A DNA stretch of 64,000 nt from Patescibacteria group bacterium (GCA_028716045.1 JAQUQO010000001.1:528897-592896); one strand, 5' to 3'. Counted from the stretch's first letter, positions 36,892 to 47,030 are shown. Made by a program: numbers and translations. Notes: generated by a model not told the origin, from the sequence alone.

Positions 36892-38532
36892 CTATTTTTT
36901 CTTTTTGATGGCCGCTTTGATAAATTCTCTGAATAAGGGATGCGGCCTTAGCGGGCGGGATTTAAATTCCGGATGGAATTGAACGCCGACAAAAAAGGGA
37001 TGGTCTTTTTTGGAAAGTTCTACAATTTCTACCAGCTTATTATCCGGAGAAGTGCCGGCCAAAACCAGTCCTTTCTTTTGGAATAAACCCCGATAATCAT
37101 TATTAAACTCGTAGCGATGGCGATGGCGTTCAAAAATTTGCCTTTTATCATAGGCCTCGCGGCTGATAGACCCCGGGGCTAAAAAGCAGGGATAAGCTCC
37201 CAGGCGCATGGTCCCCCCATATCTTTTATCTTTAATTTTTTCCGCCTGGTCGGGCATAATATGAATCACCGGATTTTTAGTGGAAGGATTTATCTCGGCG
37301 GTGTTAGCGTTTCTTAATTTACAAACGTGGCGCGCGAATTCAATCACGGCCATATGCATTCCGTAACAAAGTCCGAGATACGGAATTCTATTTTTTCTCG
37401 CGTACTCCACGGCTTTTATTTTTCCCTCTACTCCGCGCGAACCAAAACCTCCGGGGATAATTATCCCGTCCAGCTCTTTCAACTCTTTTAATTTCTGCGC
37501 GTCTTTCTCGTATTCTTCGGAATTAAGCCAAAAAAGCTCTGGTTTTTTCCCGTGGAACCAGGAGGCGTGTTTAACGGCCTCAATAACTGAAATATAAGAA
37601 TCGGACAAAACAAATTTACCCGTGCTAAAATATTTTCCGACTATTCCGATTTTAACCGCCCGATTGGATTTGTTGAGTTTTTTAAACTTAAACACCAATT
37701 TCTTCCACTCGGCCAAATCTTTCTTTTTATCTCTTAGCCCGAATTTCTGTAAAATCCTCTCCCCTAGTTTTTCTTTCTGAAAAAGAAGAGGTATTTCATA
37801 AATAGAATCTACGTCCGGCGCGGAAATTACGTCCTCCTGGCTGACGTTGCAGAAAATGGAAAGTTTGCGCTTGCGCGGCGTATCCAACGGCCTTTCCGAC
37901 CGCCCGAGCAGGATATCCGGCTGGATACCCACCGCGTTTAAAGAACGCACCGCGGTCTGTGTAGGTTTAGTTTTCATCTCCCCTACTTTGCTCGGGATAG
38001 GCAAATAACTCACCATCACGACTAAAACTTTGTCGGGATACTGCGACCTCATCATTCTCACCGCTTCCAGAAATAAAACGTTCTGGTATTCGCCGACCGT
38101 TCCGCCTATTTCTATAATAATAAAGTCCGCTTTGCCTTTCTTCTCCACCCGCTTGATTCTTCTGATGACCTCTTCGGGAACATGAGGAACAACCTCCACG
38201 CATCTGCCGCCATATTCCAAATTACGCTCTCGCCCAATTACCGTCTGATAAACACGGCCGGTGGTCATATAATTATCGGATAAAATATTCACGTCCAGAA
38301 ATCTCTCATAATTTCCAAGGTCCTGGTCGGTTTCATCGCCGTCTTCAGTCACAAAAACCTCCCCGTGTTCCACGGGATTCATGGTGCCGGCATCAACATT
38401 GATATAGGGGTCGATTTTTATGGCCGTCACTTTATAACCCTTGCTTTGTAATAATTTTCCAATGGAAGCCGAAGCCGCTCCCTTGCCAACGGAAGACATC
38501 ACCCCGCCAACGACAAAAATAAAGCGTGACAT
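36892..38532 (-). CDS. pyrG: CTP synthase
   Basis: GGVMSSVGKG N-term; glutaminase GLCYGMH; 546 aa. Confidence 0.9.
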   Translation of the reverse strand: MSRFIFVVGGVMSSVGKGAASASIGKLLQSKGYKVTAIKIDPYINVDAGTMNPVEHGEVFVTEDGDETDQDLGNYERFLDVNILSDNYMTTGRVYQTVIGRERNLEYGGRCVEVVPHVPEEVIRRIKRVEKKGKADFIIIEIGGTVGEYQNVLFLEAVRMMRSQYPDKVLVVMVSYLPIPSKVGEMKTKPTQTAVRSLNAVGIQPDILLGRSERPLDTPRKRKLSIFCNVSQEDVISAPDVDSIYEIPLLFQKEKLGERILQKFGLRDKKKDLAEWKKLVFKFKKLNKSNRAVKIGIVGKYFSTGKFVLSDSYISVIEAVKHASWFHGKKPELFWLNSEEYEKDAQKLKELKELDGIIIPGGFGSRGVEGKIKAVEYARKNRIPYLGLCYGMHMAVIEFARHVCKLRNANTAEINPSTKNPVIHIMPDQAEKIKDKRYGGTMRLGAYPCFLAPGSISREAYDKRQIFERHRHRYEFNNDYRGLFQKKGLVLAGTSPDNKLVEIVELSKKDHPFFVGVQFHPEFKSRPLRPHPLFREFIKAAIKKKK

Positions 38533-38534
38533 AA

Positions 38535-38984
38535 TTATTTAGTACCTGTTATTCTTATTTTAATATTAAAAAATATCTCCGGGGTAAACTTTATTTCTAC
38601 ACTATGCTCTCCTGCCTCTTTGATTGGCTTTTTGATTATAATAAAATCCGGCCCTACCTCTGCCCCCAATTGTTGCTTGAGCGCGCTGGATATTTCTGAC
38701 GGTTTTACGGCGGCAAAAAGTTTTCCGCCCTGGCTGATTTTCCCCTCCACTTTCACCTCGCGGTTGGCAATTTTATTTTTTATAGCCACGAATCTGTCTT
38801 TTTCTCCTTGCTCGCGCCTATTTTTCGCTTTCATTTTTATCTCGGCCACGGCCAGCGCCTTAGCATCAGCCAAAACCGCTAGATTATTAGGAAGCAAAAA
38901 ATTCCTGCCATAACCCTCCGCCACTTCTTTTACTTCCCCCTCCTTACCTAACTTGGAAACGTCTTTAAGCAAGATAATTTTCAT
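38535..38984 (-). CDS. rplI: 50S ribosomal protein L9
   Basis: MKIILLKDV...GYGRNFLLP. Confidence 0.85.
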   Translation of the reverse strand: MKIILLKDVSKLGKEGEVKEVAEGYGRNFLLPNNLAVLADAKALAVAEIKMKAKNRREQGEKDRFVAIKNKIANREVKVEGKISQGGKLFAAVKPSEISSALKQQLGAEVGPDFIIIKKPIKEAGEHSVEIKFTPEIFFNIKIRITGTK

Positions 38985-39037
38985 ATTGGCAAAACATTAT
39001 CTTATAATAACACGGAACCTATCTTTTGTTTAACGCT

Positions 39038-40312
39038 CTAAGGGGCTAAAATTTCAAGGGCTTTATCAAGTTGTGGGTCATTATCATTATTGAAATCGTC
39101 TTTAGTCAAATCAATTTCTATATCCGGGTCAATTCCCAGCTGGTCGATTTCTCTCCCCTTGGGAGTAAGCCATTTAGCCACGGTCAATTTGACCGCTGAA
39201 CCATCTGTAAAAGTTTCCATTTCCTGCACCGACCCCTTGCCGAAGGTTTTTTTGCCAATCAGCGTGGCTAAGCCATAATCCTGTAAAGCACCGGCGACAA
39301 TTTCAGAACCGGAAGCGCTGCCCTCATTAATTAACACCATTGTCTTATAATCCTTAAGACGCGCCCTCGAAGGAGATTTGTACTCTTTAATGCTCCCATC
39401 GCCGAATTTCTCCGTCACTACCAATTCGCCGTCTACCCACTCCGAAGCGACTCTCACGGCGCCGTCCAAAAATCCCCCGGGGTTGCCCCGCAAATCGATA
39501 ATTAAACCATCGGGATTTTCTTCCAGCGCCCATCTAACCGCTTTGTCAAAACGTTCCACCGTGTCTTCAATAAATTGATTAATTTCTATATAAGCGATCT
39601 TCTTGCCGTGATAATCTTTCATCTCATATTTAACACTCACAATATTAATCACTCCGCGAGTAATAGTAAAATCCTTCGGTTCGGTAAATTCCTCGCGGGT
39701 TATCTTCAGGATGACATTGGTACCGGATTTCCCGCGAATAATTGAGATGGCATAATCCAAAGAAATACCGGAGGCATCCATATTATCAATTGCTAAAATT
39801 ACATCGCCAGTTCGAATGCCCGCCTTGTCCGCCGGAGTATCGGGCAAGGGAGCGATAACCGTGAGATGATTATTTTTTATCCCGATTTCCGCGCCGATAC
39901 CCTCAAAACTTCCGGAAAGTTCTTTGGTGAATTTTTCGGTCGTTTCCGGGTCAAAAAATACCGAATGCGGATCGCCCAAAGATGCCACCATTCCGGCCAA
40001 AGCGCCATAAAATAATTTGGTGTCAAGAATATCTTTATTTATATACCTTATTTTTATCGCCTCCCATAATTGCCAGAATAAATTAAAATCCACGTCTTTA
40101 GATAAAAATTCCGGCGTTTTATTTTTTTCAACATTTACCACCGCCCCGCCGGCAATATCAGCGCCTTTCTGCGTTTCTATTTTCCAGCGATATTCATTAA
40201 CCAAGAGACCGGCGACAAAACTAAACAAAACTAAAGTCACCACCACGTAAATGGAAACTCCGCACCACCACCCCTTTTTCGGCGACCGACTGGGCTGATA
40301 TTGAAATTGCAT
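39038..40312 (-). CDS. C-terminal processing (S41, tail-specific) peptidase with PDZ domain
   Basis: N-terminal TM, PDZ, S41 catalytic region GSASGSEIVAGALQD. Confidence 0.8.
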   Translation of the reverse strand: MQFQYQPSRSPKKGWWCGVSIYVVVTLVLFSFVAGLLVNEYRWKIETQKGADIAGGAVVNVEKNKTPEFLSKDVDFNLFWQLWEAIKIRYINKDILDTKLFYGALAGMVASLGDPHSVFFDPETTEKFTKELSGSFEGIGAEIGIKNNHLTVIAPLPDTPADKAGIRTGDVILAIDNMDASGISLDYAISIIRGKSGTNVILKITREEFTEPKDFTITRGVINIVSVKYEMKDYHGKKIAYIEINQFIEDTVERFDKAVRWALEENPDGLIIDLRGNPGGFLDGAVRVASEWVDGELVVTEKFGDGSIKEYKSPSRARLKDYKTMVLINEGSASGSEIVAGALQDYGLATLIGKKTFGKGSVQEMETFTDGSAVKLTVAKWLTPKGREIDQLGIDPDIEIDLTKDDFNNDNDPQLDKALEILAP

Positions 40313-40321
40313 ATTCTAAAA

Positions 40322-41584
40322 TTAAATTCTTTTTATTTTCGCTCCCAAATTTCCTAATCGCTCTTCTATTTTTTCGTAACCCCTGTCAACTATTTCCGCT
40401 TCATTGATAATCGTCTGTCCGCGAGCGATAAGACCGGCGATAATCATAGTGACGCCGGCGCGCAAATCAAAACTTTTTATTTCCTGGCCGTATAAAGGCG
40501 TGGGGCCGGTAATAATGACGCGATGCGGGTCAGCCACAATGGCGTTGGCTCCCATTTTAACAAGTTCGCCCACATAACTCATTCGCCCCTCATACATCGG
40601 GTCGTGGATGAGCGAAGTTCCGGCGCACTGCGTCGCCAAAACTCCAAAAGGCGCCTGCAAGTCCGTCGGAAAACCCGGGTAAGGCAGCGCCTGCAATCGG
40701 AAAGATTTTAAATTATGCGAAGGAATAATTTTGAGAAAATTTTTGCCTAACTCTGTTTTTACTCCCGCGCTCTGTAATTTCAATAAAATCAAATCCAGAT
40801 GCTCGGGAATAATATCTTCAATAACGACTTCGCTCTTGGTCGCCGCCGCCGCCACGGCAAAAGTCCCTATCTCTATCTGGTCAGGAATAATTTTATGCTT
40901 CGCGCCTTTTAATTTTTCTACGCCCTCAATTTCAATAACATGATTGCCGGCAAATTTTATTTTAGCTCCCAAAGCATTCAAAAAATCGGCTAAATCCTCA
41001 ACGTGCGGCTCTACGGCGGCGATTTTAATAGTAGTTATCCCTGCGGCAAAAACGGCAGCCATCATCGCGTTTTCAGTTGCGGTAACTGAAAATTCTGGTA
41101 AAATAATAATAGCGCCCTTTAGCTTGCCGGAAAAATTATACAATCCGTCCTCCCTCTCCACTTTAGCTCCCAGCTTTTCCAAGACATACAGATGAGCGTC
41201 AATCGGCCTGTTGCCGATAATACAACCGCCCGGTTCGGGAATAGCGACTTCCCCGAATCTCGCCAAAAGCGGGCCCAAAAGCAAAATGGAAGAACGCATG
41301 CTTTTCACGGTCTGCTTATCCAAATCGTTCAAATCAACCCCCTTGTTGCAGATGGTGAGTTCGTTAGCGCCGGTCCATTCCGCGCGACCGCCCAAACTGC
41401 GGAGAATCTCCAACATTTTTTCTACGTCAACAATGCGGGGAACATTTTGCAAAACGCACTCCTCGGCCGTTAGCAGGGTGGCGGCGATGATGGGTGTAGC
41501 CGCGTTTTTCATCCCCCCCGCTTTAATTGTGCCGGAAAGGTGATAACCTCCCTCAATAATAAATTTAGACATACTTATACACAT
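40322..41584 (-). CDS. murA: UDP-N-acetylglucosamine 1-carboxyvinyltransferase MurA
   Basis: EPSP-synthase fold signatures; 420 aa. Confidence 0.85.
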   Translation of the reverse strand: MCISMSKFIIEGGYHLSGTIKAGGMKNAATPIIAATLLTAEECVLQNVPRIVDVEKMLEILRSLGGRAEWTGANELTICNKGVDLNDLDKQTVKSMRSSILLLGPLLARFGEVAIPEPGGCIIGNRPIDAHLYVLEKLGAKVEREDGLYNFSGKLKGAIIILPEFSVTATENAMMAAVFAAGITTIKIAAVEPHVEDLADFLNALGAKIKFAGNHVIEIEGVEKLKGAKHKIIPDQIEIGTFAVAAAATKSEVVIEDIIPEHLDLILLKLQSAGVKTELGKNFLKIIPSHNLKSFRLQALPYPGFPTDLQAPFGVLATQCAGTSLIHDPMYEGRMSYVGELVKMGANAIVADPHRVIITGPTPLYGQEIKSFDLRAGVTMIIAGLIARGQTIINEAEIVDRGYEKIEERLGNLGAKIKRI

Positions 41585-41638
41585 CTTAACCCAGCCGGAT
41601 AAAATAGTAAACCCCTCAAACTTTAAACGATTTTTATT

Positions 41639-43027
41639 ATGGATTTAAAAACTCGTCGAATAATTTATTCAATTTTCATAGCGGTTTTCATTATTGTCGC
41701 GCCATTTGTTGTCCTTTACGCCGCGGGGTATCGCTACGACTGGAAACGGGGCAAACTTCTTCAAACTGGCGGAATTTATTTAATAGTTAAAACCCCAAAA
41801 ACTAAAATATATCTTGGCGGAGAATTAATCAAAGAAACTGGCATATTTTTTAATAACGAAGTACGGCTAAACAATCTCCTGCCCAATAATTATCGCCTGA
41901 CAGTGAGTAAAGACGGTTTTTATTCTTGGGAAAAAAATCTGACCGTCCGGAGTCAAGAAACCACCTTTGCCGAGCATATCAATCTTTTTCGGCAGAATCA
42001 GCCGCGGGAAGAAATAGATGAGCCGAGTGAGTTGATAAATATTTCTCCCAATCAAAAATATTTAATCTACTCCGGCATCAAAAGAGAAATATCGGGACTT
42101 TGGCTTTGGGATAAAGAAAAAAAATCCAAGGAATTATTATATCGGATAAATAAAAACTCGCTGGAAAATTTAAATTATGAAGAACTTGTCAAATGGTCCT
42201 CTGACAGCAAAAAAATTCTGCTCGCCGCACCAGCGGCGGCTGGCGGAAATTCTCATTTTGTTATTAATGCCGAAAATCCGGCTGAAATTATCCTCGTAGA
42301 GAATATCGCCAAGCAAAAATTTAATGCTGTTTTTTGGGTCAAAAACGGCAGTAATTCCCTTTACGCTATCAGTAAGAATATAATCTACGAAATTGACCTG
42401 CCTAACAATACTGTCGCCCAATTTATAACTTCAGAAAACGAAGGTGAAATTGTTGATTTATGGAGAGAAAATGACGATTTTTATTATACTTTGCTCACCG
42501 ACACAGAGACATTGCTTCTCAAAAAAAATGTCTGGAGCGGAGAACAAATTATCCTACGCCTGACTGCCAATCCCTATAAATTTATCGCTCCCGGACCCAA
42601 AAATATCTTTTCTCTATACGACGATAAAAATAAAGAAGTGCTGCTCATAGATAAAACTACTTCGGAAGTTTTGCTTCAAGAAAAAGCGCTGGGCGGCGAA
42701 TGGGAAAAAACGCAGGAAAGATTTTTGTATTACAAAAATTTTGAATTATGGTTTTACGAGCACAAAGAAGATAAAAACGAGCTTATTTCCCGCTACAGCC
42801 AAGAAATAAAAAAAGCCCGCTGGGTTCCGGCTTTGGATTATATCACGTTTCTTCTTGGCGATGCTCTTAAAATTATTGAACTTGACGGCAGGGATAAACG
42901 CAATTTTTATAATCTGGCGGATGAAATACGCGCCAATAATTTTCTCTTGACTGAAAACGGGGAAACGGTTTATCTAAGTTCCGACAAAGATAAGGGCGGC
43001 GGTTTATATGAATTGGTTATCCAATAA
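41639..43027 (+). CDS. membrane-anchored PEGA-domain protein with beta-propeller-like C-terminus
   Basis: N-terminal TM; PEGA-like IYLIVKTPKTKIYLGGE...YRLTVSKDGFYSWEKNLTV. Confidence 0.55.
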   Translation: MDLKTRRIIYSIFIAVFIIVAPFVVLYAAGYRYDWKRGKLLQTGGIYLIVKTPKTKIYLGGELIKETGIFFNNEVRLNNLLPNNYRLTVSKDGFYSWEKNLTVRSQETTFAEHINLFRQNQPREEIDEPSELINISPNQKYLIYSGIKREISGLWLWDKEKKSKELLYRINKNSLENLNYEELVKWSSDSKKILLAAPAAAGGNSHFVINAENPAEIILVENIAKQKFNAVFWVKNGSNSLYAISKNIIYEIDLPNNTVAQFITSENEGEIVDLWRENDDFYYTLLTDTETLLLKKNVWSGEQIILRLTANPYKFIAPGPKNIFSLYDDKNKEVLLIDKTTSEVLLQEKALGGEWEKTQERFLYYKNFELWFYEHKEDKNELISRYSQEIKKARWVPALDYITFLLGDALKIIELDGRDKRNFYNLADEIRANNFLLTENGETVYLSSDKDKGGGLYELVIQ

Positions 43028-43037
43028 ATTTATTACT

Positions 43038-43070
43038 AAAATCCCCCTCATTATAGAGGGGGATTTTTTA
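43038..43070. terminator. bidirectional terminator (ATCCCCCTC-ATTATA-GAGGGGGAT)
   Basis: 9-bp stem flanked by A3 and T6. Confidence 0.75.
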
Positions 43071-43075
43071 ATTAT

Positions 43076-43804
43076 CTATTTTTTATTTTTTTCTCTTTCG
43101 GCCGCCAGCTCCGCGGCTTTGAGCAAACTGTCAAAACTTTCACCGCCATCTCCCCACCAGCCCGTAAGTTTGGAAAAGGTCATGGTCCCCTGCTTGACGT
43201 AAAAATTATTGACGTCTGTAATTTCCAATTCCCCCCGGCCCGAGGGCTTGAGGGTTTTAATCACTTCCCAAACCTGATTGTCATACATATATAGTCCGAT
43301 GACCGCCAAATTGCTCTTGGGCTCGGCCGGCTTTTCCACTATACTGACAATTTTGTCTCCGTTTACTTCCGCTACGCCAAACGATTTTGGATTCTCCACT
43401 TCTTTCAAAAATATCTTGGCGCCCTTCTCTCGTCTGGCAAAATCGTCCACTGCTTCCTTGATATTATCCTCTAAGATATTATCGCCCAGCATTACCACGA
43501 TTTTATCGTTATCGGCAAAATCATCGCACAACCCGAGCGCCTGGGCGATGCCGCCCGGCTTTTCCTGCACGCCATAGGAGAACCTCGCGCCGAATTCCTC
43601 GCCGGAACGGAGTAATTCTAAAAAGTGCCCCGCGTGTCCTTTGCCCGAGACAATCATAATATCTTTGATTCCGGCGCTAACCAAAGTTTCAATCGGATAA
43701 TAAATCATGGGCTTATCATAAACCGGCAATAAGTGCTTATTAGTGACATAAGTTAACGGCCGCAACCGCGTCCCCTCGCCTCCTGCGAGTATGATGCCTT
43801 TCAT
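43076..43804 (-). CDS. rfbA: glucose-1-phosphate thymidylyltransferase (RmlA)
   Basis: MKGIILAGGEGTRLRPLT start at internal Met; ORF extends to 43909. Confidence 0.8.
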   Translation of the reverse strand: MKGIILAGGEGTRLRPLTYVTNKHLLPVYDKPMIYYPIETLVSAGIKDIMIVSGKGHAGHFLELLRSGEEFGARFSYGVQEKPGGIAQALGLCDDFADNDKIVVMLGDNILEDNIKEAVDDFARREKGAKIFLKEVENPKSFGVAEVNGDKIVSIVEKPAEPKSNLAVIGLYMYDNQVWEVIKTLKPSGRGELEITDVNNFYVKQGTMTFSKLTGWWGDGGESFDSLLKAAELAAEREKNKK

Positions 43805-43845
43805 AGGATATAAAATTATTTTACTCTTTGAATTTTTATTTAAAT

Positions 43846-44364
43846 CTAATGGAGAATAATCGCCAAAATAACTACAAAAATTAACACAACCACTCCAGCG
43901 GATATCCAAAGCCGTAAAATTTTTTTATTAGTTTCAGTCGCCCTTTGTTTCCTTTCTGCATCGCTTAAACGGATTGGCGGTTGTTTTTCTCCTAAAATTA
44001 TTTTAAGAGGGTCTGTTATCAACGGATAAAACCATAACCAACTAAGTGGAGCAAAAACCATACACCACAAAGCGTTCGCTTTCGATAATTTTTCCGCTTT
44101 TAATACCTTTGTGCAAAAATAGATAAAATATACCAAAAACCCTATATAGAGAATAAAAAATATAACGACTAATTCGCTTTCGGATTCGCTTAAACCACGT
44201 AAAACGATACTACCAACAAATGCTATCCAAAACAATACCTTTAATCGGTTTAAATATTCTCTTGCCTGTTCTGTATGTTTTATGTCCGTTCTTGCTAAAT
44301 ATTTTTCTGCGATCTCTCTTGAATTATTTGACTCGATTTCTTTCATTCTATTATATTGCTCCAT
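43846..44364 (-). CDS. membrane protein, unknown (172 aa)
   Basis: 4 TMs. Confidence 0.45.
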   Translation of the reverse strand: MEQYNRMKEIESNNSREIAEKYLARTDIKHTEQAREYLNRLKVLFWIAFVGSIVLRGLSESESELVVIFFILYIGFLVYFIYFCTKVLKAEKLSKANALWCMVFAPLSWLWFYPLITDPLKIILGEKQPPIRLSDAERKQRATETNKKILRLWISAGVVVLIFVVILAIILH

Positions 44365-44497
44365 ACATTTAATATTTTATATATTTATAAATCAATGGCC
44401 TATTCTTTACAATTTTATCTTAAAAAATTCTTCTACTAATAAATTTTATTTATTCCAAATACTCCCCCAACGCTTCTTGCCACCTCCTTATCTATTT

Positions 44498-44619
44498 TGT
44501 CTTTGCGACCCCGAGATTGACTTCGGCGAGCTCAGTCGAGCCGTCGAGGGGGAAGCAATCTCTATAATACGCGTAGATTGCTTCGTCGTCCCGAATTCTA
44601 GGGACTCCTCGCAATGACA
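44498..44619. mobile_element. 122-bp MITE-like element copy 1 (11-bp TIR TGTCTTTGCGA...TCGCAATGACA) abutting rfbD stop codon
   Basis: ~95-bp core near-identical to 45470-45592; internal 10-bp-stem hairpin GAAGCAATCT...AGATTGCTTC. Confidence 0.55.
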
Positions 44620-45462
44620 TTATTGTTTTAAATACTCCCTCAATGCCTCCCTCCAACTCCTCATCTCCGGCAATTTGGTGTTTAACAAAACAGAAAATTT
44701 GGGACGGCGGGCGAGGCGGGGAAATTTATCGGAATTGACCGGTTCAACTTTTATATCTATATTTTTTATTTTAAAAATCTCTTTGGCAAATTCGTACCAC
44801 GTGCAGGCATCGTCGTTTGTCGCGTGATAAATACCCCACGGATAACCACCATCAACTATTTCTTTCGTCCTCTTCGCTAAATCTAAAGCATAAGTGGGAC
44901 TGGCATATTCCTCGTCAACGACTTCCAGCTTATCACGCTCCCCTGCCAATTGCAACATTAAATCAACAAAACTTTTCTTGGCCTCGGCGCTGGAAGCGGG
45001 ATTGCCGAATAATTTACAAGTACGCAAAATATAGTATCTATCACCATATTTTTGAACCTCCCGTTCGCCCATCAATTTGCTCTCACCATATTTATTAACC
45101 GGACTCGGTTCGTCATTTTCCTTATATCCCTCCTCCTTACTGCCGTCAAAAACGTAATCACTGCTATAATGGACGAAAACAGAACCAACTTCTTTGGCTA
45201 TTTTTGCCAAATATCCCGGCGCCTCGCCATTTACTTTTTTAGCAATGGCAAATCCTTCTTCTTCCTCGCATTTATCAACGGCATTATAAGCCGCGGCGTT
45301 AATAATTAAATCAGGTGTTAATTTTGTAATCTTTTCTCGCGCTTGCTTTTCATCGGTGATATCAATTTCTTCTCTATCCCATAAAAAAAGTTCCTCGCCG
45401 GAAAAAACTTCCGCCAAGTACTGCCCCAGCATTCCTTTCGCGCCGATGATTAGTATTTTCAT
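44620..45462 (-). CDS. rfbD: dTDP-4-dehydrorhamnose reductase (RmlD)
   Basis: MKILIIGAKGMLG Rossmann; YxxxK; 280 aa. Confidence 0.8.
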   Translation of the reverse strand: MKILIIGAKGMLGQYLAEVFSGEELFLWDREEIDITDEKQAREKITKLTPDLIINAAAYNAVDKCEEEEGFAIAKKVNGEAPGYLAKIAKEVGSVFVHYSSDYVFDGSKEEGYKENDEPSPVNKYGESKLMGEREVQKYGDRYYILRTCKLFGNPASSAEAKKSFVDLMLQLAGERDKLEVVDEEYASPTYALDLAKRTKEIVDGGYPWGIYHATNDDACTWYEFAKEIFKIKNIDIKVEPVNSDKFPRLARRPKFSVLLNTKLPEMRSWREALREYLKQ

Positions 45463-45469
45463 AGTATTT

Positions 45470-45592
45470 TGTCATTGCGACCCCGAGCTTGACTTCGGCG
45501 AGCTCAGTCGAGTCGTCGAGGGGGAAGCAATCTCTAATACGTGTAGATTGCTTCGCTCATCTTCAACAAGTTCGGATTCGCTCGCAATGACA
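45470..45592. mobile_element. 123-bp MITE-like element copy 2 (perfect 11-bp TIR TGTCATTGCGA/TCGCAATGACA) 8 nt upstream of rfbD start
   Basis: Same orientation as copy 1; divergent ~30-nt segment near right end. Confidence 0.55.
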
Positions 45593-45623
45593 GATTATTA
45601 CAAATTATTATAGATATTTAAAC

Positions 45624-46172
45624 TCAACTATCTCCCTTGCCCAACGGCAAAAGTTCGCTATCATGTTCAGCTAAAGCAATCACAACTTCACCTCCACTTC
45701 TTTTACCCTCTCTTGCCATTAACGCCAAAGCGCCTGCCCGATGTATTCCTTCAATTAAAACTATTTCTCCATTATGGATAACGCCCGTTAACATTGTTTG
45801 AAAAGGAAAATTATTAATAATGTCTTTTATTTTATTATTAGCGGCAATTAATGGATGATTTATTATATCTGACAATCGTTTAGTAATAATTCCGCCATAA
45901 CATTTGGCAATCCAACTGCGTGTCGGCGTTCCGTAAAATTTTTCCACCTCCGCGATGTCATTTATGCGGTATATTTTCCATTTTTTCTCCTGCGGTTTCA
46001 ACGGGGCAACATAATTGGCTCTCCACTCATCCCAAGAGTTAAATCCTCTTTCTCTCCAATGCTTCTCCCAGCCTTTCTGATAAGCTTCGTAAACACGCCA
46101 CACCGCAAAAATATCCCGCCATTCAATATCGTGGACGTATTCTAAGGATTTATATTGCTCCGGGATTTTCAT
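45624..46172 (-). CDS. hypothetical protein (182 aa)
   Basis: Preceded by 5-codon uORF whose TGA overlaps ATG. Confidence 0.5.
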   Translation of the reverse strand: MKIPEQYKSLEYVHDIEWRDIFAVWRVYEAYQKGWEKHWRERGFNSWDEWRANYVAPLKPQEKKWKIYRINDIAEVEKFYGTPTRSWIAKCYGGIITKRLSDIINHPLIAANNKIKDIINNFPFQTMLTGVIHNGEIVLIEGIHRAGALALMAREGKRSGGEVVIALAEHDSELLPLGKGDS

Positions 46173-46209
46173 AAATAATTATTCATTACTCCCCTCCTTA
46201 GATAAGCTT

Positions 46210-46225
46210 GCCTACCGGCAGGCAG
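46210..46225. promoter_or_regulatory. second copy of palindromic motif TGCCTACCGGCAGGCA (15/16 match to 16584-16599)
   Basis: 38-53 nt upstream of 45624-46172 start. Confidence 0.35.
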
Positions 46226-46300
46226 GGAGGGGTTGGGGTGATTAGATATTTCAACTCCCACCCCCTCTGACTCCCCCTCGGGCAGGGGGAGAATATTAAC

Positions 46301-47029
46301 TTAAAAATATTTAAAATTAATCTTTCCTGTCTCTACCGTCTCTTTCACTCTCTCATAATCTTCCGGCGTACCCAAATCCGCCCAAAAGCCGTCGTGGATG
46401 AAACCGTAAATCGGCCTTCCTTCGCGCAACATTCCAAAATAGGCAGTGTCAATTACAGATGCCGGCTCTTTTTTCAGATAATCCAAAACTTGCGGCTCTA
46501 AAACATGGATTCCCGTGAACATATATTCTTCCGCCTCGTCCGTGTAACCGGATATTTCTTTGATGTCGCGGACTCTGCTTTCTTTATCGACTAAAATTTT
46601 TGGATACTGTTTATCTGAATCATTTTTTCGCAATACCATGGTTGCCAGCGCTTTTTTCTGCCGGTGGAAATCAACGACTCGGCGCAAATCAATATCAGCT
46701 AAAATATCGCTATTTATTACCACAAAAGTATCTTTGATTTTACCGATTTCTGCCGCTTGTTTTATCCCGCCGCCGGTGTCTAAAATTTCCTCTTCTTTGG
46801 AATAAACGATACACATTCCTAATTGTGAGCCATCGCCCAGCTCCCTTTTTATCAAATCACCTAAGTAATATAAATTGATAATAACGTCGGTAATGCTGGC
46901 GTTTTTTAAAAGTTTCAGCGAGTAATAAATAAGCGGCTGACCGTTAACCGGCAAAAGCGGTTTGGGAATTTTTTCTGTAAGTGGACGCAATCTCTCTCCC
47001 CGTCCCGCCGCCAAAACTATGGCTTGCAT
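46301..47029 (-). CDS. sugar-1-phosphate nucleotidylyltransferase (NTP_transferase family)
   Basis: MQAIVLAAGRGERLRPLT start at internal Met with GGAGG RBS; ORF extends to 47101. Confidence 0.7.
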   Translation of the reverse strand: MQAIVLAAGRGERLRPLTEKIPKPLLPVNGQPLIYYSLKLLKNASITDVIINLYYLGDLIKRELGDGSQLGMCIVYSKEEEILDTGGGIKQAAEIGKIKDTFVVINSDILADIDLRRVVDFHRQKKALATMVLRKNDSDKQYPKILVDKESRVRDIKEISGYTDEAEEYMFTGIHVLEPQVLDYLKKEPASVIDTAYFGMLREGRPIYGFIHDGFWADLGTPEDYERVKETVETGKINFKYF

Positions 47030-47030
47030 T

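Noticed and set aside
44498-45592. Integron attC sites flanking rfbD
   Set aside because: The elements lack GTTRRRY / RYYYAAC core sites and no intI is present. TIR-bounded MITE-like elements fit better.
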